From an uncultured Actinomycetota bacterium (GTDB lineage Bacteria > Actinomycetota > Acidimicrobiia > Acidimicrobiales > Bog-793), in contig CAVXWO010000003.1 in the NCBI GenBank assembly GCA_963765505.1, positions 1,453-65,452 of the forward strand: a stretch of 64,000 nucleotides of DNA, written 5' to 3'. Numbering within the stretch: the first letter of the stretch is position 1; each line of letters opens with the position of its first letter. This document shows, one piece after another, positions 1 to 9,665 of this stretch. The position numbers and the translations under genes are program-made. The notes below the pieces were generated by a model. The model ran no database searches. It worked only from the letters and a program-made list of their open reading frames with translations, and was not told the origin of the DNA.

Positions 1-1092
1 GCCGAGGACGCACCGAAGTACGAGCGTGAGGGTCGCGGCTCCGCGGTGGACGCCTTCGAGCCGGCGATCCGGCGGCTCTTGGCGGTGACGCCGGACATGC
101 CGGCGACGGTCGTGGCCGAGCGCATCGGCTGGACGCGTGGGATCACCGTGCTTCGTGAGCGCGTCGCCGAGCTCCGCCCGGCCTATCAGGTGCCGCAAGC
201 CTTCGGGCGCACCGAGTACAAGCCGGGCGAGCTGTGCCAGTGGGACCTGTGGTTCCCCGACTACGAGATTCCCGTCGGCCACGGCCAGACCGCCGTGCTG
301 CCGGTGCTCGTCGGCGTGCCCTGCTACTCGCGCTGGACTCTCGCGCGCATGATCGGCTCGAAGGAGTCCGCCGACGTGCTCGGCGGGCATCTCGACCTGC
401 TCGTCGAGCTCGGCAAGGTGCCGAAGATGGGTGTCTATGACGGCGAGCCCGCGATCTCGGTCAGACGCGGCAAGCGCTTGATCTACACCGAGAGCTACCT
501 GCGCCTGAAAGGAACCTTGGGCATGGGCTCGATCGTGCTCGCGAAGGGCCACCCCGAGCGCAAGGGCGTCGTGGAACGGACCAACGGCTATCTCGAGACG
601 AGCTTCATGCCCGGGCGGCGCTTCGCCGACCGCGACGACTTCAACACCCAGCTCAGCGACTGGCTGGAGGCGAGGGCCAACCTGCGGGTCCACTCAGGGC
701 TTCGGTGCCGGCCCTCGGAGCGCATCGACGAGGACCTCGCCGCGATGACCGCGCTCCCGCCGGTCCTTCCCGACATGGACGCGCACCACGACCTGCGGCT
801 CCCGGCCGATCACTGGGTGCGCCACCAGACCAACGACTACTCGGTGCACCCCAAGGCCGTCGGTCGACGCGTGCACGTCAAGGTCGACGACGCCGAGGTC
901 ACCGTCACCCTCGGCAGAGAAGTGGTGGCCCGCCACGAGCGGGTGCTCGCGAGACACGTCACCGTCACGGACCCGGTCCATGACCGGGCCCGGGAGAAAG
1001 CCCGTGCACTCGCTGGTATCCCGAAGCCCTCGAACGACGAGGTCGAGGTCCGCAGCCTCGCGATCTACGACCGGGCCACGGGTGCGGCGTGA
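1..1092 (+). CDS. istA: IS21-family transposase IstA, 5'-partial at window edge
   Basis: The frame is open from base 1, so the track Met at 46 is internal. The translation (GWTRGITVLRERVAELRP, YKPGELCQWDLW, VLVGVPCYSRW, NGYLETSF) is typical of IstA. The stop overlaps the istB start. Confidence 0.9.
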   Translation, partial: AEDAPKYEREGRGSAVDAFEPAIRRLLAVTPDMPATVVAERIGWTRGITVLRERVAELRPAYQVPQAFGRTEYKPGELCQWDLWFPDYEIPVGHGQTAVLPVLVGVPCYSRWTLARMIGSKESADVLGGHLDLLVELGKVPKMGVYDGEPAISVRRGKRLIYTESYLRLKGTLGMGSIVLAKGHPERKGVVERTNGYLETSFMPGRRFADRDDFNTQLSDWLEARANLRVHSGLRCRPSERIDEDLAAMTALPPVLPDMDAHHDLRLPADHWVRHQTNDYSVHPKAVGRRVHVKVDDAEVTVTLGREVVARHERVLARHVTVTDPVHDRAREKARALAGIPKPSNDEVEVRSLAIYDRATGAA

Positions 1093-1853
1093 GCAGCGCC
1101 CGGGACCTCGCCTACCTGTGCCGGGAGCTGAAGGCCCCCTCGCTGCTCGCCGGGGTCGAGCGCCTCGCAGAGCGCGCCCGGGCAGATGCCTGGAGCCACG
1201 AGGACTTCCTCGCCGCCTGTCTCGAGCGCGAGGTGTCCTCCCGCCAGTCCCACGGCGGCGAGGCCCGCATCTCCCTCGCGCGCTTCCCGGCCCGAAAGAC
1301 CCTCGAGGACTTCGACTTCGACCACCAGCGCAGCGTGCGAAAGGACGTCGTCGCCCACCTCGGCGCCCTCGACTTCATCGAGGCGCGCTCCAACGCCGTG
1401 TTCCTCGGCCCGCCAGGCACCGGCAAGAGCCACCTGTCGATCGCGCTCGGCATCAGGGCGTGTCTGGCCGGACACCGGGTCGCTTTCGCCACGGCGGCGG
1501 AGTGGGTGGACCGACTCGGTGCCGCGCACGACGCCGGCAAGCTCCAAGAGGAGCTGCGACGTCTCGGCCGCTTCCCGCTCGTCATCATCGATGAGGTCGG
1601 CTACATCCCGTTCCAGGGCGAGGCCGCCAACCTGTTCTTCCAGCTGGTGAGCTCCCGCTACGAGCGCGCCAGCATGATCGTGAGCTCGAACAAGGCCTTC
1701 AGCCGCTGGGGCGAGGTCTTCGGCGACGACACCGTGGCCGCCGCGATGATCGACCGCCTGGTGCACCACGCCGAGGTCATCAACTTGAAAGGCGACAGCT
1801 ACCGGCTGAAGGGCCGGGATCTCGGGAGGGTGCCGAGTGACGACGACGCCTGA
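1089..1853 (+). CDS. istB: IS21-family helper ATPase IstB
   Basis: Walker A GPPGTGKSHL, Walker B LVIIDEVGY, and SSNKAFSRWGEVFGD followed by DRLVHHA. This is the classic IstB layout immediately after istA. Confidence 0.95.
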   Translation: MSSARDLAYLCRELKAPSLLAGVERLAERARADAWSHEDFLAACLEREVSSRQSHGGEARISLARFPARKTLEDFDFDHQRSVRKDVVAHLGALDFIEARSNAVFLGPPGTGKSHLSIALGIRACLAGHRVAFATAAEWVDRLGAAHDAGKLQEELRRLGRFPLVIIDEVGYIPFQGEAANLFFQLVSSRYERASMIVSSNKAFSRWGEVFGDDTVAAAMIDRLVHHAEVINLKGDSYRLKGRDLGRVPSDDDA

Positions 1854-1933
1854 GCACATGCATCGCCTTCGAGGGTTCGAGGAGGTGACGCCGCTCGTCG
1901 AATAGCTACGCAGCGCGGTCGGTGGCCCTGGGG

Positions 1934-1952
1934 GGGGTCAGTTTTCGACCGG
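1934..1952 (+). repeat. IS21-type terminal repeat, inner copy (GGGGTCAGTTTTCGACCGG)
   Basis: Identical 19-mer to 3191-3209. It abuts the left end of the IS30 insert. Confidence 0.6.
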
Positions 1953-1953
1953 T

Positions 1954-3182
1954 GGCGGGCTCAAGGGATCCGCGCAACAGCTCGGCGAGTCAACGACTGT
2001 GAGTTGACTCGACCGGGAGGTTCCCTTGGCACCGCACCTGACGTTGCAGCAACGTGAACACGCGCGAAGGCTCCGACGAGAAGGAAGGACAATCCGGGAG
2101 ATCGCGGCGGAGATCGGCTGTTTCTCGCTCGACCGTGAAGTCCGTCGTACGCGGTCCCGCCAAGCGGGAGTCCCGCCAGGTCGTGTGGTCACCGGGCCCA
2201 CTGCGCCTGTCGCTCGCGGATCGTGAGGAGATCAGCCGTGGGCTGTCAGCCGGTGATCCGCTCCGCGCGATCGCCCGTCAGCTCGGCCGGGCGCCGTCGA
2301 CCATCGCTCGTGAGGTGAAGGCGAACGGCGGACGTTCCCACTACCGAGCCGTGAGGGCGCACCATGGAGCGTATGAACGCGCCCGTCGTCCGAAGACCCC
2401 GAAGCTCGCCGGTGGCCCGCTGTGCACGCAGGTCACGGTGTGGCTCGAGGAGTGGTGGTCGCCCGAGGAGATCGCCCGACGTCTCCGGATCGAGTTCCCA
2501 GACGATCCGACCATGTGGGTGAGCCACGAGACGATCTACCAGTCCCTCTTCGTCCAAGGCCGTGGTGAGCTGCGCCGGGAGCTCTCCCGGTGCCTGCGGA
2601 CCGGGAGAGCGCAGCGCCGCCCGCAGGGGCGGGTCGAGCGTCGCGGGCACATCCCGAACATGGTGATGATCTCCGAGCGTCCTGCCGAGGTCGCCGACCG
2701 GGCGGTTCCCGGCCACTGGGAGGGCGATCTCATCATCGGCAAGGGCGGCCGTTCCGCCGTCGGGACCCTCGTCGAGCGCACGACCCGCTTCTTGCTGCTG
2801 CTCCATCTTCCCGATGGCCGCGAGGCAGAGAAGGTCAACGAGGCGATGCGACAGGCGATCGCCACCCTCCCCGCAGAGCTCGTCCGCTCGATCACCTGGG
2901 ACCAGGGCAAGGAGCTGTCGGCCCACGCCGCCTTCACCGTCTCGACCGGCGTCCAGGTCTACTTCTGCGATCCGCACAGCCCGTGGCTGCGCGGATCGAA
3001 CGAGAACACGAACGGGCTCCTCCGTCAGTACATGCCGAAAGGAACCGACCTATCCCTCCACAGCGCGGAGGACCTCGCCCGCTTCGCCGCCAGTCTCAAC
3101 AACCGTCCCCGCGAGACGCTCGGATTCATGAAACCATCAGAGAAGCTCGCCGAACTCGTTGCAATGACTGGTTGAGCCCGCC
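1954..3182 (+). mobile_element. IS30-family insertion sequence, copy 1 (about 1.23 kb)
   Basis: Perfect 11-bp terminal inverted repeats GGCGGGCTCAA (1954-1964) and TTGAGCCCGCC (3172-3182), the same termini as the copy at 22054-23286. It is flanked by a 3-bp direct repeat GGT (1951-1953 and 3183-3185). Confidence 0.85.
2026..3175 (+). pseudogene. IS30-family transposase with a frame break in the N-terminal HTH
   Basis: The DDE body (HWEGDLIIG, TWDQGKE, NENTNGLLRQY) is in the frame starting at 2054. The first HTH (MAPHLTLQQREHARRLRREGRTIREIAAEIG) is in the frame starting at 2026 and continues as VSRSTVKSVV only after a 1-nt shift near 2119-2123 (TTT run). The paralog at 22061-23218 encodes the equivalent N-terminus in one frame. 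Confidence 0.7.
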
Positions 3183-3190
3183 GGTGGAAA

Positions 3191-3209
3191 GGGGTCAGTT
3201 TTCGACCGG
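3191..3209 (+). repeat. IS21-type terminal repeat, outer copy (GGGGTCAGTTTTCGACCGG)
   Basis: Identical to 1934-1952. It is followed by CGTTGACA, which would be the IS21 terminus. Confidence 0.6.
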
Positions 3210-3217
3210 CGTTGACA

Positions 3218-4034
3218 CCCAGCCCTCGACGGTGAGCAGCGTCGTGTTTGCCAGCCAGCAGGATGGGTGGCTGTGGGGGCCTGGGCTGTGGTCAACTCAT
3301 GACGGCGGCGCGCAGTGGCGCAAGCTCTCCATTGGCGGGGCCGTCGCGGGATGGCTGCTTCCTCGGGGACCGCGTATGCGGTCAGCGCGCCGAGTGGCTA
3401 CCTCTCCAGTGGCGCCACCCTCCGGGAACAGTTCAGCAGCCCGGTAGGTCGGGAGGCGTGGGCCCCGGTCATCGGCGTGACAGGTACATGGGGCACCCTC
3501 GCGGTGTCCGGCCGGGCGGCCTGGTTCGGCACCAGCACGCAGCTGTGGACGACCGCTGACGGCCTCCACTGGAACCGGTACCCGTTCCACTGCCCGGGGA
3601 CCGACTACAGCCTGGCGAGCATCGCGGCGGCCAGCTCCTCCTACGTCGTGTTTTTCTGCACCGGTCCCGGTGCCGCGGGAAACATGAGCAAAGAGGTGCT
3701 GAGCTCTGCGAGCGGCGGCAAGACGGTGGTCCTGGCCGGGCAGGCGCCGCTCGCCGGTGTCGGCGGCACGATCGCCGTGCCGCCGTCCCGCAGCATTGTC
3801 GTGACCCTCGCCACCGCCTCGAGCGCGAGTTGGCTCGACCGCTCGAATGACGGTGGGAAGACCTGGTTCGTCGAGGAGGTCAAAGGTTCCGGCGGCGGTC
3901 CGCCGCTGAGCTCCCTGTCCTACGTGAGCCGGACGGTGGGCTGGGTTGTGCTTGGCGAACCAGGCCAGGGCAGCGTGAACCAGCTCCTTCGGACACGCGA
4001 CGCCGGCGTCACCTGGAACAAAGTCAGCTTCTGA
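3218..4034 (+). pseudogene. BNR/Asp-box beta-propeller (Ycf48/sialidase-like) gene fragment, 5'-truncated by the IS21 element and frame-broken
   Basis: Asp-box blades are STHDGGAQW, TTADGLHW, SNDGGKTW and TRDAGVTW. Coding sense begins at the IS21 end without a start codon. It switches from frame 1 to frame 3 at a G4 run (3337-3340). Confidence 0.6.
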
Positions 4035-5416
4035 ACAGCCGGCCGTGACGCAGACTGCTGGCCGCGACTCATCGCAACGCGCTGGGCGACGGCGCCACGC
4101 ACAATCGACTCGCGACGGCCGGGCTCACGGAGCGCACCACCGGGGACATACGGGCAGCGGGGGTCGTCGCCGAGCGGATCGTCACTCGCGGCGAAGGCCT
4201 GCGAGCGAGATCCCCCGCATGCCTCGCGGAACTCGCACCGGCCGCAGCGCCCGTGAAGCCGATTCGAGTCACGCAGCGACTGGAGCAGGCTAGAGCCAGA
4301 GTAGATCTCCGTCAGCGGTCGGTCCCGCACGTTCCCCGCTACGAGCGGCAGGAAGCCGCTCGGCTGGACGTCGCCGCGGTGGGAGACGAAGACGACGCCG
4401 CGCCCGTCCCCGACGACCAGCGGTGGACGGCGCCGGCCGACGGCCGGATCCGCGACGGCGGGGCGCCCCCCCGATCCTCGCTCGGGGAGACCGAGTGCCT
4501 CAAGGCGTCGATGGAGATCCCAGTAGAGGGCACCCCGGTCACGCGGGTCCGAGCTCGACGAGGAGCCGTGGTTCAACACGACTCTGCGGTACTGCGGCGC
4601 TTCGGTGGTCTTCAATGGGATGATTGTCGCCGCGTCATAGAGGAACTCGAGGACGTCCTCGGTGTCACTCGCGGACAGTGCCCGCAGGTCGCGGCCCCGG
4701 CCGGTCGGCACGAGGAAGAATACGCTCCAGAGGCTGACGCCGAGCCGGAGGGCCAGGGCGATCATCTCCGGCAGCTCAGCCACCGTTTCGGCCGTCACGG
4801 TCGTGTTCAGCTGCACCCGCAATCCAGCTCGTCGAGCGGACGTGCAGGCAGCGACGGTCCAGCCGAACGAGCCCTGGGTCTGGCGGAAGTGATCGTGGGT
4901 CGCGGGACTCGCTCCGTCGAGGGAGAACGAGACCGTGGCCACCCCCGCGTCGCGGAGCTCGCGCATGAGCGGCAGCGCAGCGCGTGGCGTTCCGGCGGGG
5001 GAGATCGCGACCGTGAGCTGGGAGCTCGTCGCGTGTCGGACGAGCTCGAGTAGGTCGGGACGCATGAGCGGATCGCCGCCAGTGAAGACGACGATCGGCC
5101 GTGGCGATCCGAGCGAGGCGAGGTCGTCGAGCACGGCGAGGATCTCGTCGGTCGTCAGCTCGTCGGTGTCGGGTTCCCGCGTCGCCTCGGCTCGGCAGTG
5201 TCTGCACGCGAGATCGCACGCGCGCGTCAGCTCGAAGAGCACGAGGAAGGGTCGATCGCCGACGTCGTAATGGAGGCGCCGGAGCCCGTGCGGCGCGCCG
5301 GCAGGCGCAGCGCCCTTGTCGCGCGTGAGCACCGGCGCCACGTCCTGGTGGGGCAGGTCTGAGACCTGCGTCGCATCTGCCTCAACCGTTCGCGACGATC
5401 GCTCCACTGTCACCAT
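3920..5416 (-). CDS. radical SAM/SPASM domain protein (TIGR04053-like)
   Basis: CxxxCxxC cluster CDLACRHC, FTGGDPL, and a C-terminal Cys-rich SPASM-like segment (GRCGRCEFREACGG, PRCPY). ATG at 5416 is preceded by GGGAGGA. The last ~80 codons (after CPYVP, past a G4 run at 4142-4145) overlap the convergent gene and may be read-through. Confidence 0.85.
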   Translation of the reverse strand: MVTVERSSRTVEADATQVSDLPHQDVAPVLTRDKGAAPAGAPHGLRRLHYDVGDRPFLVLFELTRACDLACRHCRAEATREPDTDELTTDEILAVLDDLASLGSPRPIVVFTGGDPLMRPDLLELVRHATSSQLTVAISPAGTPRAALPLMRELRDAGVATVSFSLDGASPATHDHFRQTQGSFGWTVAACTSARRAGLRVQLNTTVTAETVAELPEMIALALRLGVSLWSVFFLVPTGRGRDLRALSASDTEDVLEFLYDAATIIPLKTTEAPQYRRVVLNHGSSSSSDPRDRGALYWDLHRRLEALGLPERGSGGRPAVADPAVGRRRPPLVVGDGRGVVFVSHRGDVQPSGFLPLVAGNVRDRPLTEIYSGSSLLQSLRDSNRLHGRCGRCEFREACGGSRSQAFAASDDPLGDDPRCPYVPGGALREPGRRESIVRGAVAQRVAMSRGQQSASRPAVQKLTLFQVTPASRVRRSWFTLPWPGSPSTTQPTVRLT

Positions 5417-5476
5417 GGTCCTCCCGGGCGGTTCGGCGCCGACGCACATCAAGCCACGCCGCGAGGCGGGCCGGTA

Positions 5477-5490
5477 GGGACAAATGTCCC
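5477..5490. promoter_or_regulatory. candidate operator: perfect 6-2-6 palindrome GGGACAAATGTCCC upstream of the rSAM gene
   Basis: An AT-rich palindromic island in otherwise ~70% GC DNA. It lies about 60 nt upstream of the rSAM start at 5416. Confidence 0.35.
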
Positions 5491-5559
5491 GAGTTTCGGG
5501 TGGACCGAGTGACGAGATCGATCTCGGGCCGTTCCCGTGTGGCCGGGCCGATCACGCTA

Positions 5560-6682
5560 GTGCTCCCGCGCGTAAGTCATTGTGACTTACGCGACCTGTA
5601 GCGGGCGGCCGTCGTAGGTCCATCGGAACGGCGCCGCTCGTCGGTTGTAGTCCTTGATGAAGGTGATGACCCGCTCGGCCAGCTCGTCGATCGAGGCGAA
5701 CTCGCCTCGTCGCAACAGCCTGCGCTCCAAGATCGAGAAGAACAGCTCCACCTGGTTCAGCCAGCTCGCGTGGGTGGGCGTGTAATGGATGTGCACGTGG
5801 GGATGCCCGGCCAAGAAGGTGGCGACCGCGTCGGTCTTGTGGGCCGAGAGGTTGTCGGCGATGCAGTGCAGGTCGAGTCCCGCAGGCGTGAGCCGCACGA
5901 GATCGGCGAGGAAGTCGACGAAGTTCTCCGACCTCGTCGAGTCGGTGACCCATCCGGCAACCCCGCCGTCATGGACGTCGAGGGCGGCGAATAACACGGC
6001 GGTTCCGTTGCGCTTGTACTCGAACTCCCGGCGCACGGGGGTGCCCGGGATAGCCGGCCTGGTGGGGTTGACGCGCGACTTCGCCTGCATGCCCGACTTC
6101 TCGTCGACGCTCCAGACCACGGCGTTGGTCGGGGGATCGAGGTAGAGCCCGCAGACGTCGGAGGCCTTCTCCCAGAAGTTGGGATCGTGGCTCGTCATCC
6201 AGCTCTCGACCTGCCAGGGCTTCAAGTCGAGCGCCCGGCAGATGCGCCAGGCCTGGGACGCCGACATCGCCACGCCGTGGGCCGCCATCGCGCCAGCGAG
6301 GGCCTCCATCGTCCAGCGCGAGGCGTTGTCCGGCGGCGGCTCCGTCACGAGCTTCACCAGCAACAGCACGTCGTCATGGCCATAGACGTGGGGTCGTCCC
6401 GGGCGTTCCTCGTCCTCGAGACCGGCCAAGCCCAGCTCGCTGTAGCGCTTCCGCCAGATGCCCACCTGGTTGTAGTGCATGTCGACCGTGTCGGCGATGT
6501 CCCGGTTCGACCAGCCGTCGGCCGCCAACAAGACGATGCGCGCCCGCTTGGCGGTGCGCGCCTCGACCGTCCCCGACCGCGTGATGGCCTCCAGGCGCGA
6601 CCGATCACCACGCCGGAGCTTCAAGGGCTCGAGTCTCATGGCTCCAGCAAAGCACATCACTGTCATTAACGCGAGGATGCAC
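5560..6682 (-). mobile_element. IS630-family insertion sequence (1123 bp)
   Basis: Imperfect ~26-bp terminal inverted repeats: GTGCTCCCGCGCGTAAGTCATTGTGA at the left, and GTGCATCCTCGCGTTAATGACAGTGA as the reverse complement of the right end. TA directly flanks both ends (5558-5559 and 6683-6684), the IS630/Tc1-type target duplication. Confidence 0.85.
5587..6666 (-). CDS. IS630-family DDE transposase
   Basis: N-terminal HTH (NRDIADTVDMHYNQVGIWRKRY), then WSVDEKSGMQA, CIADNLSAHKT and THASWLNQVELFF. A single intact ORF fills the element. Confidence 0.9.
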   Translation of the reverse strand: MTVMCFAGAMRLEPLKLRRGDRSRLEAITRSGTVEARTAKRARIVLLAADGWSNRDIADTVDMHYNQVGIWRKRYSELGLAGLEDEERPGRPHVYGHDDVLLLVKLVTEPPPDNASRWTMEALAGAMAAHGVAMSASQAWRICRALDLKPWQVESWMTSHDPNFWEKASDVCGLYLDPPTNAVVWSVDEKSGMQAKSRVNPTRPAIPGTPVRREFEYKRNGTAVLFAALDVHDGGVAGWVTDSTRSENFVDFLADLVRLTPAGLDLHCIADNLSAHKTDAVATFLAGHPHVHIHYTPTHASWLNQVELFFSILERRLLRRGEFASIDELAERVITFIKDYNRRAAPFRWTYDGRPLQVA

Positions 6683-6684
6683 TA

Positions 6685-6977
6685 GCGCGCTGCGCAGCGC
6701 CGATATCGTCGAGGGCGCTCTCACCGTCAGGAACTGTTTCGATCCGGTGATCCAACGTGCCGGTCGGTGGTTCGCGTCGGCTCTGTGCCGCCGCGAGGCG
6801 CCCCGCCCGATGCCGGTTGAGCTGCCTCGCCTGCCGCACTGCATCGTCAGTGAGCCGGGCGGCCGGAGTCCTCGGGTCGTCCAGGAGGTCGCCGGACGGC
6901 CACATCTCGACGGCGGTCGGAAACGCCAGGTGCCGTGACGCGCAGAAGGGTGCCGATCCGGTCCTGCGAAGCCCCAT
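6685..6977 (-). other. unassigned ORF whose 3' end runs into the IS630 element
   Basis: ORF 6666-6977 has GC3 of about 78%. Its last five codons and its stop are IS-derived. I recognise no family, and coding status is uncertain. Confidence 0.3.
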
Positions 6978-7008
6978 CTCAATCTCGAGGAGCGCCCCCA
7001 GGCGGCAA

Positions 7009-8893
7009 CTAGCAGGTCGCCGCAGGGGGCCAGCGGTAGGCGTTCAGCGTGTACTCCCGGACCATCCGGTCCGTCGAGAAGAAGGAGCCGTTGAGCGCGA
7101 TGGCGTTGCGCATCACGGACCGGTAACCAGCTTCATCGGTGTGGAAGAGGGGGGCGACGACGCGCTCGAGCTTGTCGTAGAGCGCGACCGCCATCTTGCT
7201 TGCCTCGCTACGCGCCCCGACGTCACGGTCGTGGACTTCGCGCCCTTGTCGACGGTCGGCGCCGTCAGCATCGGGATCCTCGCCGATGGCCCAGCCGGTC
7301 ACGCCCTCGACGCAGCCCTCGACCCACCAACCGTCGAGCACGCTCAGGCTCGGCACACCGTTCAGCGCCGCTTTCATCCCGCTCGTTCCCGAAGCCTCGT
7401 TCGGTGGTGCCGGGGTGTTCAGCCAGACGTCGGTCCCGGAACACAGAAGCGTGGCGAGGCCGAGGTTGTAGTTTTCGAGCACGACGACCGGCACGACGTC
7501 GCCCAGCTCGCTCGCGGCGGCGACGACCCTCCGCAGCAAGGCCTTTCCCTGTTCGTCTTTGGGATGGGCCTTCCCACTGCAGATCACCTGCAGGGGGCCC
7601 GACCGCTTGGCAAGATCCCGGAGGCGTGTGAGATCGGTGAAGAGGAGGTCGATTTGCTTGTAGCGCGTGGCGTGGCGGGCAAGACCGATCGTGAGGGCCG
7701 ACGGGTCGAGGATGCGACCGGTCCTCCGGGCCACCTCGTCGAGCAACCGCCGCTTGGCCTCGGCGTGCGCGAGGCCAATCTCGTCGAGCGGGATGACCGA
7801 CGCATAGCGCAACATGGCGCTGTCGCCCCGCCAGCCCTGCAGGTGGGTGTCGAAGAGCTCAACGGTGGTCGGCACCGCCCAGGTCGCGTAGATGGACCCC
7901 GTTGGTGATCGAATCGACGTGGGTCGCTGGGAACATTCTCTGAGAGACTTCTCGGTGCCGTCTCGACACGGCGTTGACGTAGCGAGAGCAGCGAATGCCG
8001 AGCTCGCTCATGTTGAGCTCGCCGTGCTCGAGGAGCCCGAGCTGCTCCAGCTGCGCGACCCGCCGGTCGCCGAGCACCGACTTCGCGAGCGCGGCGTCGA
8101 AGCGGTCGTGGCCGGCGGGCACCGGCGTATGCGTCGTGAAGACACAGCGCCCGCGGACGGCGTCGATGTCTCCGGGCTCGACCACGCGGTCGTGCGGGCC
8201 GACCTGCTCATCCAGGAGCGCCAGGGTCAACAGCGCCGCGTGGCCCTCGTTCATGTGGAACGTGCCGATGTCGAGGTGCCCGAGCCGGCGAAGCATCGCG
8301 ACGCCACCGAGGCCGAGCACCGCTTCCTGCCTGATCCGGTGCTCGTTGTCGCCGCCGTAGAGCACGTCGGTGATCGCTCGGTCCTCCTGTGCGTTCTCCG
8401 CGAGATCGGTGTCGAGGAAGTAGACGGGGACCGTGCCGCCGCTGTCACCTCGGAGCACGAGCCGCCATACGCCGACCGCCACCTCGCGGCCGTTGACGAG
8501 AACGCCGATCGTGGCGTCGAGTCGTTCGAGGAGGCGATCCGGCGACCATTCGATCGGGTGCTCGATCTGCTGGCCGGACTCGTCGATCTGCTGGCGAAAG
8601 TAGCCCTGTCGGTAGAGAAGGGTCACCGCGACGATCGGCAACCGTAGATCGGCTGCCGATCTCAGGTAATCGCCCGCCAGCACGCCAAGTCCACCGCTGA
8701 ACGTCGGCAGCTCATCACTGAGCCCGACTTCCATTGAGAAGTAGGCGGCACGATGGGGCGCGTCGGGTGGGGCCTGATCCTGCCCGGCGTGATCGACAGC
8801 AACGGAGGAGGGTTCCGGCACGCCGGGAGATCCTATGGCCATGGGCCCTCGTCGCGCAGGCTCGAGGCTCTGCCGATCGAATCTCTCGTGCAC
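7009..8893 (-). pseudogene. glgP: alpha-glucan (glycogen/maltodextrin) phosphorylase, split by a frameshift
   Basis: Motifs FSMEVGL, FSGGLGVLAGD, HMNEGHAA, ITNGVH, GKAHPKD and TSGMKAALNG. The N-part is ORF 7859-8893 and the C-part is ORF 7009-7875. The frames join (ITNG..YATWAVPTT) at a C4 run at 7897-7900. Confidence 0.85.
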
Positions 8894-9167
8894 GTCGTGC
8901 GTTTCGTCTGTCCCGTCCGGTCATCGGCAGCCCGTCGGCCGTTCCCACGGCTCCCTCCGGAAGAGCGAACCTCGACGGCTGCTGGCGGATCTGTCGACTC
9001 GAGGCCGGTCACGAAGCAATCGTCTGCGCCCGGGTTCGGTGCTGTGCATCGATACCCCCTGCCTTCCCCGCGTCGGCGGCGTGCGGTACGTGCTGCAGAG
9101 CACCAGCCGGTGGGGTAGCGTCCGCACAAGTTGCACGACGGTATCGACTACCGAGGGGGAGATCGCC

Positions 9168-9560
9168 ATGGCAGAGCACCCGAACGCGGAACTGACCCGG
9201 CGTGGCTACGAAGCCTTCGCGAAGGGCGATCTCGCCGCGCTTTCCGACCTGATCGCCGACGACGTCGTCTGGCACGTCTCCGGCGCCGGCCCGCTGAGCG
9301 GCGACTACGTCGGCCGGGACGCCGTCTTCGCGTACTTCCTCACGCTCGCCCAGGAGACGGGTGGGACCTTCCGGCTCGACCTCCACGACGTGGTGGGAAA
9401 CGACGAGCACGTGGCGGCGCTCTGCACCCTCTATGCCTCGCGGGCCGGGAAGTCGATCGAGATCCCGGTGGCGAACGTGAACCACATGCGCGACGGCAGG
9501 CTCACCGAGTTCTGGAGCGCGACGACCGATCCGCAGGCCTCGATCGACTTCTGGGAGTAG
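9168..9560 (+). CDS. SnoaL-like / NTF2-fold protein
   Basis: 130 aa (RRGYEAFAKGDLAALSDLIADDVVWHV, HMRDGRLTEFW). ATG at 9168 is preceded by GAGGGGGA. The upstream part of the track ORF is not needed. Confidence 0.8.
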   Translation: MAEHPNAELTRRGYEAFAKGDLAALSDLIADDVVWHVSGAGPLSGDYVGRDAVFAYFLTLAQETGGTFRLDLHDVVGNDEHVAALCTLYASRAGKSIEIPVANVNHMRDGRLTEFWSATTDPQASIDFWE

Positions 9561-9665
9561 TGCGGGCCGGATCCGGGGTCTGGCCGAGGAAGGCCGCGCC
9601 ACGCAGCTGGTGGGGTTCTGCCGGTTCGGCCCGAGCGACGACACTGCGACGCGTGCCCAAATTCC

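Larger units (their letters stand above)
1..3217 (+). mobile_element. IS21-family insertion sequence (left end outside window) carrying a nested IS30-family element in its right terminal repeats
   Basis: An istA/istB pair overlaps at GTGA (1089-1092). The 19-bp GGGGTCAGTTTTCGACCGG occurs at 1934-1952 and 3191-3209. Removing the IS30 insert turns these into tandem repeats with a 25-bp period. The sequence then ends GTTGACA (CA at 3216-3217), as expected for IS21-family ends. Confidence 0.7.

Noticed and set aside
1934-3209. The 19-bp direct repeats as a long IS30 target-site duplication
   Set aside because: Both IS30 copies have clean 3-bp duplications (GGT and CCG) directly at their shared 11-bp termini. 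The 19-mers sit 1 nt and 8 nt outside those termini. They are better explained as pre-existing tandem terminal repeats of the IS21 element.
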